Assembly: GCA_049317445.1 (NCBI GenBank)
Contig: JBMOIG010000007.1
Span: 3,700-67,699, forward strand
Direction of reading: 5' to 3'
Length of the DNA stretch: 64,000 nt
Origin: Myxococcota bacterium
Lineage (GTDB): Bacteria; Myxococcota_A; UBA9042
Every line of letters begins with the position of its first letter. Positions within the stretch are counted from its first letter, which is position 1. Both the position numbers and the translations under genes were made by a program. The notes under the pieces were generated by a model. It was not told where the DNA came from and made no database searches. It saw nothing but the letters and a program-made list of their open reading frames with translations. This document shows positions 39,944 through 49,500 of this stretch, piece by piece.

Positions 39944-42747
39944 CGCGGTGGTTCTCCTCTCGTTCCGCGGGGTTGTATGCGGGTGCTCTGGCATCATTGG
40001 CCGCCGCGATCACGGCCGCCTATTGGGTGCCGTCGGAGCTGACGCACCTCGAGGCGTTGGGCATCTCTTTCGCCCACCCGCGCTGGCTTTGGCTCGCCGC
40101 ACTTGCGCTCGGGCTGCCGCTGTTGGCTCCGTTCGGCCTGACCGACCTGCCCAAGGCCCAGCGTGCGCTGCAGGTGCTGGTCCGCGCGGCTCTGGTGGTG
40201 TTGCTGGCCGTCGCCGCCGCCGGTCCCCGGTCGCTGCAAGAGGTTCCGCGCCGCGTTCAGATCCTTCATCTGGTTGATCGGTCCGAGTCGGTGCCCGACG
40301 AATTGCTGGCCGCCGCTGCCGCCTCCGCACGCAACACGAACCAGCAAGTCCTCAAGATCGAAGCGGATCAATCGCCAATCGACGCAGCGGACGAAGAGCG
40401 TCTGCCCCCCGTGACGGTGGTTGCCTTTGACGGAGAGGCCGAGCGCCTGCCTTGGCCGCCGACCGACACCGATGCCGAGGCGGGCGATGCCGTTCCGCCC
40501 CCCGTGATCGCCCGCCATCCCGCCACCGGCCGCGAGACCGACCTCGCCGGGGCGCTGAACGTGGCGCTGGGCCTGTTGGACGGCCAGAGCGTGCCCCACA
40601 TCGTGATCTGGAGCGACGGCATCGAGACGCGCGGCGACGCAAGTGAGCTCGTCGAGACGCTGAGAGCTGCCGGCGTGCACGTCCACACCCCGGCACTGCC
40701 GCCGATGCCGGTGCAGGCAGAGTTCCTGATCGAGCGATTCGACCTGCCGCCGGTAGTGCGCGCCAACGTACCGTTTCCAGTGGCCATTTCCGTACAGTCG
40801 AGTGCGATCGCCCGGGTGTCCTGCCGCGTCAAGGCGCCCGGTCAGGACCTGCCACCCGTCATCGCGCAGGTTCAGGCTGGGGCAACACGCGTCGAGCTGG
40901 GCCAGCTGCGGCTGAAGGAAGGCGGCACGGCAGAGCTGAGTGCGATGTGTGATCTCGTCGACGGCGCGGACCGCTTCGCCGCCAACAACCACCTGCGCGC
41001 ACGCGTGATCGTGCGCGCGCGCCCAAAGATTTTGTACGTCGAGGGCGTGGCCACTCAAGCGCAGCAACTTGCGCGAGCCTTGGGTGACGACTACGAGGTC
41101 GACGTCCGCGGCGGCGACGGCCTGCCACGCAACCTGCTGGCCTTGAAGCAGTTTCAGGCGATCATCCTGTCGGACGTGCCGCGCGTGACGCCGGCCGGCG
41201 TGCAGCTGCTCAGTGACAGCGACATGCGCAACCTGCACGCGTATGCGCAACAGGGCGGAGGACTGTTGGTCATCGGCGGAGAAAACAGCCTTGGTTCGGG
41301 TGGTTACCAGAACACCTATCTCGACAAGCATGTGCTGCCAGTGCAAATGGACATCGAGAGCTCAGTCGAGAACCCCACGATCGCCCTGATGCTGCTGATC
41401 GACCGGTCCGGCTCGATGTCGGGCAGCAAGATGGAGCTGGCCAAGGAAGCCGCCCGTGCCACCGCCGAGGCCATGGCCCGGGAAGACCGCATTGGCGTCG
41501 TCGCCTTCGACAGCGAGGCCCGCACCGCCGTCCGGCTGCAGCGCGCCGGCAATCGCTACCGCATCGCGACCGACATTTCCAAGCTGACGCCGAGCGGCGG
41601 CACGCACATCTACCCCGCGCTCGAGATCGCGTGGCAGGCGCTGCAGTCGACGCCCGCGAAGATCAAGCACGTGATCGTCCTGACAGACGGTCAGGCGCCG
41701 CGCGCCGGCATCGACCCCTTGGTGCGCCAGATGCGTCGCGGCGGCATCACCGTGTCCAGCGTCGGTATCGGCGCCGACGTCGACCGCAGCCTGCTGGAAA
41801 TGATCGCCGACCGGGGCGGCGGCCGCGCGTATTTCACCGACCGACCAGAGACGTTGCCTCGCATTTTCGTCAAGGAAACCAAGATCATCGCAGGCGACCC
41901 GCTGGTCGAGACCGCGATCCGTGCGCGTCGCGTGGCGGGCGGTCGGGTCGACTTGCTGCGAGGTGTGGCGATCGACAATGCCCCAGTGCTGACGGGTCTG
42001 GTGCCGTCCAAGGTCAAGCCGGGCGCCGAAGAGCTGGTGCGGGCCTCCACCGGCCAGCCACTGCTCGTGAGGTGGCGTCTGGGGTTGGGCAAGGTCACGG
42101 TGTGGACCAGCGACCTCAAGGGCCGCTGGGCCGCCGCCTGGATCGGCTGGCCGGGCTACCCGATCTTCGCGCGACAGTTGGTGCGCGACCTGCTGCAAGA
42201 GGACCTGGGGCTGACGGCGACCGTGCGGCTGGCACGCGAGCGTGATCAACTTCGCATCGCGGCCGACGCCATCGATGAAGACGACCGCTATCTGCAAGGA
42301 CTTTTTGGCACCGCAGAGGTCCAATTGCCCAACGGATCCCGCCTGCGGCTGCCCCTGCCCGAGGTCGCTGCGGGGCGCTACGAGACCACCGTGCCGCTGT
42401 CGGATCTTGGCCCCTACGACGTCCTGGTCCAGCTGCGTGCAAGCCCCGACCAGCCCGTTCTCGCGACCGGCCGCGCCACCGCCGTCCACCCCTACCCCGA
42501 CGAGTACCGTCTGCCCGACCCTGCCGGTTCCAGCCTGGAAGCGCTGGTCAAGGGCACCGGTGGCCGCATGGGCAGCGGGCCGACCGACTGGGTCGACGAT
42601 GGCGGCGCCACCCACCGCGGCTGGCAATGGCTGTGGCCCGATCTGGTGCGTTGGGGGCTGCTGCTGCTGTTGCTGGACGTGGGACTGCGGCGGGTGCGTC
42701 TGGGCCGTGCGCCGTCGATCAAGTGGCATACCTTGCGGCGCAAGTAA
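39940..42747 (+). CDS. VWA-domain membrane protein (large BatB-like)
   Basis: ATGA overlap with the upstream gene; an AGGAGG RBS. It has an N-terminal transmembrane helix, the MIDAS motif LLIDRSGSMSG, and a C-terminal transmembrane helix (WGLLLLLLDVGL). Confidence 0.85.
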   Translation: MTRWFSSRSAGLYAGALASLAAAITAAYWVPSELTHLEALGISFAHPRWLWLAALALGLPLLAPFGLTDLPKAQRALQVLVRAALVVLLAVAAAGPRSLQEVPRRVQILHLVDRSESVPDELLAAAAASARNTNQQVLKIEADQSPIDAADEERLPPVTVVAFDGEAERLPWPPTDTDAEAGDAVPPPVIARHPATGRETDLAGALNVALGLLDGQSVPHIVIWSDGIETRGDASELVETLRAAGVHVHTPALPPMPVQAEFLIERFDLPPVVRANVPFPVAISVQSSAIARVSCRVKAPGQDLPPVIAQVQAGATRVELGQLRLKEGGTAELSAMCDLVDGADRFAANNHLRARVIVRARPKILYVEGVATQAQQLARALGDDYEVDVRGGDGLPRNLLALKQFQAIILSDVPRVTPAGVQLLSDSDMRNLHAYAQQGGGLLVIGGENSLGSGGYQNTYLDKHVLPVQMDIESSVENPTIALMLLIDRSGSMSGSKMELAKEAARATAEAMAREDRIGVVAFDSEARTAVRLQRAGNRYRIATDISKLTPSGGTHIYPALEIAWQALQSTPAKIKHVIVLTDGQAPRAGIDPLVRQMRRGGITVSSVGIGADVDRSLLEMIADRGGGRAYFTDRPETLPRIFVKETKIIAGDPLVETAIRARRVAGGRVDLLRGVAIDNAPVLTGLVPSKVKPGAEELVRASTGQPLLVRWRLGLGKVTVWTSDLKGRWAAAWIGWPGYPIFARQLVRDLLQEDLGLTATVRLARERDQLRIAADAIDEDDRYLQGLFGTAEVQLPNGSRLRLPLPEVAAGRYETTVPLSDLGPYDVLVQLRASPDQPVLATGRATAVHPYPDEYRLPDPAGSSLEALVKGTGGRMGSGPTDWVDDGGATHRGWQWLWPDLVRWGLLLLLLDVGLRRVRLGRAPSIKWHTLRRK

Positions 42748-42756
42748 CCGCACTGC

Positions 42757-44739
42757 CTAAGCAATCGCGATCAACACCTGCTCCAGATGCTTGGCCTCGT
42801 CGCGCAGCCGGGCCGCCTCTTCGAACGCCAGCTCGCCGGCCGCCGCCTTCATCTTCTTGCGCACGTCGGCAATTTGCTTCTCGAGGTCGGCCTTGCTGCG
42901 ACCACGCGCCAGCGCCTCGGCATCGCGCAGCGGCCCCGCTGCCAGCGCCGCCTTGGACTGCGTGTGCGCCTTGACGATGGTGCGCGGCGTGATGCCGTTG
43001 GCCAGGTTGTGCGCCTGCTGGGCCGTGCGCCGTCGCTCGGTCTCGGCGATCGCCTGCGCCATCGAGTCGGTCATTCGGTCGGCGTACAGGATCACCCGTC
43101 CGTTCACGTTGCGCGCCGCCCGTCCGATCGTCTGGATCAGCGACCGCCGTGAGCGCAGGAAGCCCTCCTTGTCGGCGTCCAGAATCGCGACCAGTGAAAC
43201 CTCGGGAAGATCAAGACCTTCCCGCAACAGGTTGATGCCGACCAGCACGTCGAAGTCACCTGCACGCAGGCCCCGAATCAGCTCGATGCGCTCCAAGGTC
43301 TCGACGTCCGAGTGCATGTAGCGCACCCGCACCCCAAGCTCTTCGTAGTATTCCGTCAGGTGCTCGGCCATCCGTTTGGTCAGCGTGGTCACCAAGACCC
43401 GCTCGCCAGCCTCCGCACAAATTCGAATTTCCCCTAACAGATCATCGACCTGACTGCGCACAGGGCGCACCTCGACCTCGGGATCCACTAGCCCCGTCGG
43501 CCGCACCAGCTGTTCGACGATCACGCCGTGGGTCTGGCGAAGCTCCTCGTCGCCGGGTGTCGCAGAAACGTAGATGATCTGGGGAGTTCGCTGCATGAAC
43601 TCCTCGATCCTCAGCGGGCGGTTGTCCAGCGCGCTCGGCAAACGGAACCCGTGCTCGACCAAGGTCTCCTTGCGAGACCGGTCCGCCCGAAACATCCCGC
43701 CGACCTGTCCGACGGTGACGTGCGACTCATCGATGAAGGTAATGAAATCCCGTGGGAAGTAGTCGACCAGCGTGGGGGGAGGCTCGCCCGACAGCCGCCC
43801 CGACAGGTGCCGTGCGTAGTTCTCGATGCCGTTGGTGAAGCCCCGACTCTCCAGATTCTCCAGGTCGAACATCGTGCGCTGCTCAAGCCGTTGCGCCTCC
43901 AGCAACTTGCCTTGATCACGAAGTTCTTGCAGCCGCGACCGCAGCTCGACCGCGATGGTCTCCCGCGCCGTGATCAACTGGTCCGCAGGCGTTGCGTAGT
44001 GCGAATTCGGGTAGATGTTGGTGTTCTCCAGCGACGCCAGCACGATCCCTCGCAGCGGGTCGATCGTCTCCAGCCGCTCGATCTCGTCGCCCCACAGCGT
44101 GATCCGGATGGCCCGGTCGTCGGCGTAGGCCGGTTGGATCTCGATCACGTCGCCGCGCACCCGAAACGCCCCGCGCGCCAGCTCGAAGTCGTTGCGCTCG
44201 TACTGCACGTCCACCAGCTTGCGCAGCAGCGTATCCCTTCGAATCTCTTGACCAACCGCCAGCGGCACTCGCATCCCGACATACGACTCCGCCGCGCCGA
44301 TACCGTAGATGCACGACACCGAAGCGACGATCACGACGTCGCGCCGCTCGAGCAACGCATAGGTCGCCGCGTGCCGCATCCGGTCGATCTCGTCGTTGAT
44401 CATCGAGTCCTTCTCGATGTAGGTGTCCGTCGACGGAACGTAAGCCTCCGGCTGGTAGTAGTCGTAATAACTAACGAAATACTCGACGGCGTTGTTCGGA
44501 AACAGCCCCTTCAGCTCCGCATGGAGCTGGGCCGCCAGAATCTTGTTCGGGGCGAGCACCAGCGCCGGCCGCTGCAACTCGGCGATCACGCACGCCATCG
44601 TGAAGGTCTTGCCAGAGCCGGTGACGCCGAGCAGGACCTGCGCTGCCTCACCTTGCTGTAATCCAAGGGAAAGGCTGGCGATCGCCGCCTCCTGGTCCCC
44701 GGCAGGACGGTGGGGCGACACGAGTTCGAACTTCGGCAT
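42757..44739 (-). CDS. uvrB: Excinuclease ABC subunit B
   Basis: The start is the internal ATG 44739 (MPKFELVSP...) with a GGAGGAG RBS. Walker A is GVTGSGKT; UvrB helicase motifs and the C-terminal UvrC-interacting helix ([13 protein letters not shown]) are present. Confidence 0.95.
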   Translation of the reverse strand: MPKFELVSPHRPAGDQEAAIASLSLGLQQGEAAQVLLGVTGSGKTFTMACVIAELQRPALVLAPNKILAAQLHAELKGLFPNNAVEYFVSYYDYYQPEAYVPSTDTYIEKDSMINDEIDRMRHAATYALLERRDVVIVASVSCIYGIGAAESYVGMRVPLAVGQEIRRDTLLRKLVDVQYERNDFELARGAFRVRGDVIEIQPAYADDRAIRITLWGDEIERLETIDPLRGIVLASLENTNIYPNSHYATPADQLITARETIAVELRSRLQELRDQGKLLEAQRLEQRTMFDLENLESRGFTNGIENYARHLSGRLSGEPPPTLVDYFPRDFITFIDESHVTVGQVGGMFRADRSRKETLVEHGFRLPSALDNRPLRIEEFMQRTPQIIYVSATPGDEELRQTHGVIVEQLVRPTGLVDPEVEVRPVRSQVDDLLGEIRICAEAGERVLVTTLTKRMAEHLTEYYEELGVRVRYMHSDVETLERIELIRGLRAGDFDVLVGINLLREGLDLPEVSLVAILDADKEGFLRSRRSLIQTIGRAARNVNGRVILYADRMTDSMAQAIAETERRRTAQQAHNLANGITPRTIVKAHTQSKAALAAGPLRDAEALARGRSKADLEKQIADVRKKMKAAAGELAFEEAARLRDEAKHLEQVLIAIA

Positions 44740-44975
44740 GGCACTCCTCCAGAGGGTCGGCCTCAACACGCGTCGCGGTCACCGTATGCCGGTTTTGCCT
44801 TCTTGACGACAAGCGAGTTGACACGCTGGCGCACTCCACTACCATGGTGCGTGCTTGGTGGGTACGTCCTGCCGGTACATCGGTGTTTCCGGCAGGTCAG
44901 TCTCGGCCTTGCGTTGGCCTCCAAGGTTCGGAGGAGAGCGGGTTGAGCGTTCCCAATCTCAGGAGATTGAAGCAC

Positions 44976-45287
44976 ATGGCTGCTTTTCGTTTGTTGATTG
45001 CTATCGCCGCTCTGGGTCTCGTCTTCGTGGCCTGCAAGAAGGAAGAGCCTAAGGTTGATGAGGCTGCTCCGGCTGCCGCTGAAGCCCCGGCTGCTCCCGT
45101 TGCTCCCGCCGCTGAAGCCCCCGCCCCGGCCGCCCCGGCTCCCGAGGCTGCCGTTCCCGCGCCGGTCCCGGCTGCTCCCGCTGCCCCGGCTCCCGAGGCC
45201 GCCGCTCCCGCCGCCCCCGCCGCTCCGGCTGAGGCTGCTCCGGCTGCTCCCGCTGCTCCCGCTCCCGAGGCCCCCAAGGCCCCGTAA
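44976..45287 (+). CDS. Small lipoprotein with an Ala/Pro/Glu low-complexity tail
   Basis: An AGGAG RBS; the lipobox is LVFVAC, followed by KKEEPK. The tail is roughly 80 aa of (A/P/E) repeats. The GCT-rich codon choice is atypical for this genome. A rho-independent terminator follows. Confidence 0.75.
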   Translation: MAAFRLLIAIAALGLVFVACKKEEPKVDEAAPAAAEAPAAPVAPAAEAPAPAAPAPEAAVPAPVPAAPAAPAPEAAAPAAPAAPAEAAPAAPAAPAPEAPKAP

Positions 45288-45300
45288 GGTCAAGTGACCA

Positions 45301-45348
45301 AACGAACGCGGGAAGGATCTGACGATCCTTCCCGCGTTCGTGTTTTTG
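45301..45348 (+). terminator. Rho-independent terminator
   Basis: A 15-bp perfect stem (CGAACGCGGGAAGGA / TCCTTCCCGCGTTCG) with an 8-nt loop, followed by GTTTTTG. Confidence 0.85.
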
Positions 45349-45452
45349 TGGCATCTTTGCTCTCCCCGACCCTCGGCGCGTCCCCCTAGAGCCACCCTGA
45401 CTTCCGGAAACGCGCGGCCCGCTGCGATGCAGCAAGACAAGGAGTGTTATCC

Positions 45453-46019
45453 ATGTTCACCCTGCGCGGTCTGCTGACCGTTTCGTTGATGTGTGCCGCC
45501 CTCGCGACTTGGGGCTGCAAGAAGGAAGAGGCCAAGCCCGCTGCTGACGCCGGCGTTACCGCTCCTGCGGCTGACGCTGGTGTGGCTGCCGTTGCTGTCA
45601 CGACGGAGAACGTCACCAAGGCCAAGACGCTCATCGACAAGATGACCGTCGAGCTCGAGAAGATGATCGTCGAAGTCGAAGCGGCCGGTGGCGATGAAGC
45701 CAAGGTCAAGGCGATCGGCGAGAAGTTCAAGGCTTCGGCTGATTCGATGAAGGTCGAGGGCGAGGAGCTCTCGAAGAAGCTGAACGACGAAGAGAAGAAG
45801 CAAGTCGAGGCGTACGGCCGCGAGAAGATGACCCCGCTCATGGGTCGTTTGATGGCTGCCATGATGAAGAACATGCCCAAGCAGCCTGAAGGCGGCGCCC
45901 CTGGCGCGATGCCTGCCCCCGGCGCGGCTCCCGCTCCCGAGGGTGCGCCCGCCGCTGCTCCGGCTCCGGCTCCCGCCGCTGCTCCGGCGCCTGCAGCCCC
46001 GGCTCCGGCCACCAAGTAG
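45453..46019 (+). CDS. Lipoprotein, paralog of 44976..45287, with a Lys/Glu-rich helical core and an Ala/Pro tail
   Basis: An AAGGAG RBS. The lipobox is LATWGC, followed by KKEEAK (the same CKKEE junction as the upstream paralog). The C-terminus is PAPGAAPAPEGAPAAAPAPAPAAAPAPAAPAPATK. A terminator follows. Confidence 0.8.
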   Translation: MFTLRGLLTVSLMCAALATWGCKKEEAKPAADAGVTAPAADAGVAAVAVTTENVTKAKTLIDKMTVELEKMIVEVEAAGGDEAKVKAIGEKFKASADSMKVEGEELSKKLNDEEKKQVEAYGREKMTPLMGRLMAAMMKNMPKQPEGGAPGAMPAPGAAPAPEGAPAAAPAPAPAAAPAPAAPAPATK

Positions 46020-46041
46020 TCCGTCCAGGTTCGTGATCGCG

Positions 46042-46083
46042 CGACGGGGAGGATCCGCAAGGGTTCTCCCCGTCGTTCTTTTT
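46042..46083 (+). terminator. Rho-independent terminator
   Basis: A roughly 10-bp stem (CGACGGGGAG / CTCCCCGTCG) flanks a 13-nt loop and is followed by TTCTTTTT. Confidence 0.75.
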
Positions 46084-46186
46084 GCTGGTACCGACGTCGC
46101 CTCGTCCGCCGCTGCCGACGCGTTGACCGGCGTGTCTGCCCCGTGCTATCCGATGAAGCGCACCCTGCGGTCTGGAGGTCCATCCG

Positions 46187-46888
46187 ATGAACAAGGTCTT
46201 CCCCGACGCCGACAGCACGCTATTTGACCTGCACGACGGCATCACGCTGCTCGTGTCGGGCTTTGGCCTGTGCGGCAACCCCGAGAACTTGATCGCCGCG
46301 CTCGCGCGCAAGGGCACCAAGGACTTGGAGATCGTGTCGAACAACGCCGGTACCACGAATGACGGCCTTGGCGTGCTGCTGCAGAGTCGTCAGGTTCGCA
46401 AGATGGTGTCGAGCTACGTCGGTGAAAACAAGGAGTTCGAACGGCAGTACCTGACCGGAGAGCTTGAAGTCGAGCTGAATCCTCAAGGCACGCTGGCAGA
46501 GCGATTGCGGGCCGGTGGCGCCGGTATCCCTGCCTTCTTCACGCCCACCGGCTACGGCACGGTCGTCGCCGAAGGCAAGCAGGTGCAGGAGTTCGACGGT
46601 CGCATGTGCGTGATGGAGCACGGGATCCGCGGCGACTTCGCGTTCGTGAAGGCTTGGAAGGGCGACCGCTACGGCAATCTGGTCTACCGCAAGACCGCCC
46701 GCAACTTCGCGCCCATGGTGGCTGCAGCCGGCAAGATCACGATCGCCGAGGTCGAGGAACTGGTCGAGGTTGGCGAGATCGAACCCGATCAGGTGCACAC
46801 CCCCGGCATCTACGTGCAGCGGATCTTTCAGGGGCGCGACCACCGCAAGCCGATCGAACAGCGCACGACGCGACCGCGGCCCGCATGA
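46187..46888 (+). CDS. 3-oxoacid CoA-transferase subunit A (AtoD/ScoA family)
   Basis: It shows the family N-terminus (…LVSGFGLCGNPENLIAAL…SNNAG) and is about 230 aa. No B subunit follows. Confidence 0.85.
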   Translation: MNKVFPDADSTLFDLHDGITLLVSGFGLCGNPENLIAALARKGTKDLEIVSNNAGTTNDGLGVLLQSRQVRKMVSSYVGENKEFERQYLTGELEVELNPQGTLAERLRAGGAGIPAFFTPTGYGTVVAEGKQVQEFDGRMCVMEHGIRGDFAFVKAWKGDRYGNLVYRKTARNFAPMVAAAGKITIAEVEELVEVGEIEPDQVHTPGIYVQRIFQGRDHRKPIEQRTTRPRPA

Positions 46889-48156
46889 TCGCTCGGGTTT
46901 CTTTGCCGCCGCGCTTGGCTGCTGTGGTTCTCCTGGCGGCCGGCTTGGCTTGTCTGGCGCTGACTTCCTGCCGCCGACCCGAAGTCGTGCGCGCCGCGAT
47001 CGAGAACCCCGCCATCCCCCGCCCCGTGCCGTCCAGTTGGGTCCGCCCGCTGATCATCGACATGCATGGGCACTTGGTCCCGTCCGGTGCCGCGCGGCTG
47101 GTGCGGATCCTGACTGAGAACGGCATCGACAAGGTCGTGAACCTGAGCGGCGGCTCGTATCGCCACGGCCCCGCGGACTGGGAGGCGGCCAAGGCGCTGG
47201 CCGACCAGTTCGGCGGTCGAGTGATCAACTTCGCCAGCCCGGATTGGTCGATGTTCGGCGTACGCGGCTGGGCAGAGCGCGAGGCGGGCCGACTGCAGGA
47301 GGCCGTCGACCGCTACGGCTTCCGGGGCCTGAAGATCAGCAAGGCACTGGGGTTGGGCGCCGTCGATCAGGACGACCGGCTGGTTGCGCCCGACGACCCG
47401 CGTCTGCAGCCGTTGTGGGCCAAGGCCGCCGAGCTGGGCATCCCCGTAGCGATCCATGTAGCCGATCCGCGGGCGTTTTGGCTGCCCACCACACCGCAAA
47501 ACGAGCGGTGGGACGAGCTGAAGGTGCACCCGTACTGGTCCTACGCCGACCGCCCGGAAGTCCTTCCGTGGCCTGAGCTTCTGCAGCGGGCAGAGCGGCT
47601 GTATCGAGCCAATCCTCGGACAACGTTCGTGGCCGTGCACTTCGGCAACGCGGCTGAGGATCTGGACTACGTGGACGGGCTGCTCGACCGCAACCCGAAC
47701 GTTGTGATCGACATCGCTGCGCGGGTCGGCGAATTTGGTCGGCACCCGGCTGGCAAAGTCAGGCAGTTCTTCCTGAAACATCAGGACCGTGTGCTGTTCG
47801 GTACCGACATGGGCGTGGGGGGCGACTTTCTGATGCTCGGGTCGAACGGCGCGGTGGAGCCGGGCATCGAGGACGTTGCGCCCTTCTTCCAAGCGCACTT
47901 CCGCTACCTTGAGTCCGCCCTGCGGCAGATCGATCACCCCTCGCCCATTCAGGGTCGCTGGAAGGTGGACGCGATTGGGCTGCCCCCGCAGGTTCTGGAA
48001 AAGCTGTATCGCGGCAACGCGTTGCGCTTGCTTGATCGCGACGCATTGCGCAAGTTCGCCCAGAGTCGTCCCGCGTCTGCGGTGGTGCCGGATCAGCTAC
48101 CGGCCCCTGCGTGGACGCCTGCGCCGCTACCGCTGGACACGTCGCCCACGCACTGA
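46885..48156 (+). CDS. Amidohydrolase-2 (TIM-barrel metal-dependent hydrolase) family lipoprotein
   Basis: ATGA overlap with the upstream gene. The lipobox is ALTSC, the metal-binding motif is IIDMHGHL, and the length is about 420 aa. Confidence 0.75.
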   Translation: MIARVSLPPRLAAVVLLAAGLACLALTSCRRPEVVRAAIENPAIPRPVPSSWVRPLIIDMHGHLVPSGAARLVRILTENGIDKVVNLSGGSYRHGPADWEAAKALADQFGGRVINFASPDWSMFGVRGWAEREAGRLQEAVDRYGFRGLKISKALGLGAVDQDDRLVAPDDPRLQPLWAKAAELGIPVAIHVADPRAFWLPTTPQNERWDELKVHPYWSYADRPEVLPWPELLQRAERLYRANPRTTFVAVHFGNAAEDLDYVDGLLDRNPNVVIDIAARVGEFGRHPAGKVRQFFLKHQDRVLFGTDMGVGGDFLMLGSNGAVEPGIEDVAPFFQAHFRYLESALRQIDHPSPIQGRWKVDAIGLPPQVLEKLYRGNALRLLDRDALRKFAQSRPASAVVPDQLPAPAWTPAPLPLDTSPTH

Positions 48157-48172
48157 CTTTCTCCGGTGACGA

Positions 48173-48883
48173 TCAAGGGACTGTGACCGCGGTCGCCGCT
48201 TCCGGTGCTGCGGTTGCCGTGGGGTCGGCCGCCGCGGGCACGGCGTGCTCCGGCATGACCGCCAACAGCGCGCGCACCGACTTCAGCTCCGTCTCGAGTC
48301 GCGCGTGGTCGAAACCACCGGGTCCCACAAACGCGGGATGCTCGGCGACCAGCAAGGCAAGGTCGCGCTCCAGATCGAGGACAATGCCGCGCTCGACGCC
48401 CTTGGCCTGCAGCCCGCCCGTGCCGTCGGCCAGCAACACCCAGCGCAGGTAGGCCCGGGCAAACCGGGTCTCCGCAGCGTCGGGGGCAACCGCGTGCAGT
48501 TGCCCGGTCAGGTCGCGCACTTCCTGAAATCGCTCACGAAAGTTCTTGGACATCACCAGACGGTAGATGGCGTGAAGCACCCACAACCTGGCCGCCGGGT
48601 TTGCAGCCAGCTCCGACGGTCCCAGCTGCTTGGCAGCACCAATCAGCGACTCGGTGACGTCCTCAGCAGCACCGATGCGGTCCAGCGCATCCAGGAGGGC
48701 TTCAAGCTGCCGGCCTTGGCCGATGGGCACTTCGACCAGCGCGATCATGGGAGCCATACCGCCGCTGCCGACGGGAACAAAGGAGGTCGCAGGGGGCGGA
48801 TCATGTTCACAGCCAGCCAACACCCCGGTCAGGGCAACCAGCAGGGGCAGCAGGAGGCGATGGTCTCTCGGGCAGACGGGCAT
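48173..48883 (-). CDS. Lipoprotein, hypothetical
   Basis: A GAGGA RBS; lipobox LAGCEHD; 236 aa. It lies 13 nt downstream of folK. Confidence 0.6.
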   Translation of the reverse strand: MPVCPRDHRLLLPLLVALTGVLAGCEHDPPPATSFVPVGSGGMAPMIALVEVPIGQGRQLEALLDALDRIGAAEDVTESLIGAAKQLGPSELAANPAARLWVLHAIYRLVMSKNFRERFQEVRDLTGQLHAVAPDAAETRFARAYLRWVLLADGTGGLQAKGVERGIVLDLERDLALLVAEHPAFVGPGGFDHARLETELKSVRALLAVMPEHAVPAAADPTATAAPEAATAVTVP

Positions 48884-48895
48884 GCGGGTCCTCGT

Positions 48896-49375
48896 TCAGA
48901 CGTCTTGCAGGGTGGCGATCAGTTCAGCGACGTTGCGGCCGGAGCGGGCATCTACGAAATCGGGCGCGACCTGCGCAAGGGGTTCCAGCACGAAACGCCG
49001 CAGCGAAAGCCGAGGATGCGGCAGTTGCAGCCGGGGCAGGTCGACGCGCAGGCCGTCCCAATCGAGCAGGTCCAGATCCAGAGGGCGCGCGCCGTGGTGG
49101 CCCTCTCTCCGGCGGTCCCGGCCAAACGCCTGCTCAATCCGCTGACAGGCGGCCAACGCGAGCAGTGGAGTCAGCTCCGTCCACCCTCGCCCCACTGCAT
49201 TGGCAAACAGCCCCCCGGACGCCCCCTCGGCGGGCGGCGAGCGCACAAGGTCGCTCAACTCCGCGTCCCGCAATCCAAGTTCCTGACATGCAGCCGCCCA
49301 GCCCAACTGCACCGAAGCCGCGGCGTCGGCAACGTTGCTGCCCAAGGCAAGCAGGATCTGGGGCATGGGAAGCAC
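48896..49375 (-). CDS. folK: 2-amino-4-hydroxy-6-hydroxymethyldihydropteridine pyrophosphokinase (HPPK)
   Basis: Motifs: ILLALGSN, IEQAFGRDRRREGHHGARPLDLDLL, LQLPHPRL, RRFVLEPL. Confidence 0.85.
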   Translation of the reverse strand: MLPMPQILLALGSNVADAAASVQLGWAAACQELGLRDAELSDLVRSPPAEGASGGLFANAVGRGWTELTPLLALAACQRIEQAFGRDRRREGHHGARPLDLDLLDWDGLRVDLPRLQLPHPRLSLRRFVLEPLAQVAPDFVDARSGRNVAELIATLQDV

Positions 49376-49500
49376 TCGCGGCAGAGAGGGGCACGACGGT
49401 GCGGTGGATTCCGCAATGCTGCCGCCTTGATCGGGAAGCGTTCGGATCGCATGCTACCGTGCACCGTTTCGTCGGGCCAGCGGCCCGCATCAGGAGACCG

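Noticed and set aside
41362-42753. 463-aa minus-strand ORF and 39994..41346 minus
   Set aside because: They are antisense to the 958-aa VWA protein.
44740-44975. Looked for a LexA/SOS box upstream of uvrB
   Set aside because: No convincing palindrome of the CTRHAMRYBYGTTCAGS or CTGT-N8-ACAG type. Only a generic 8-bp hairpin is present.
44998-45297. Alternative Leu/Pro/Arg frame across the Ala/Pro tail of the small lipoprotein
   Set aside because: Despite higher third-position GC it has no start context or signal peptide and reads LLRLPLKPRLLPLLPP.... The other frame has an RBS, a lipobox and a conserved paralog.
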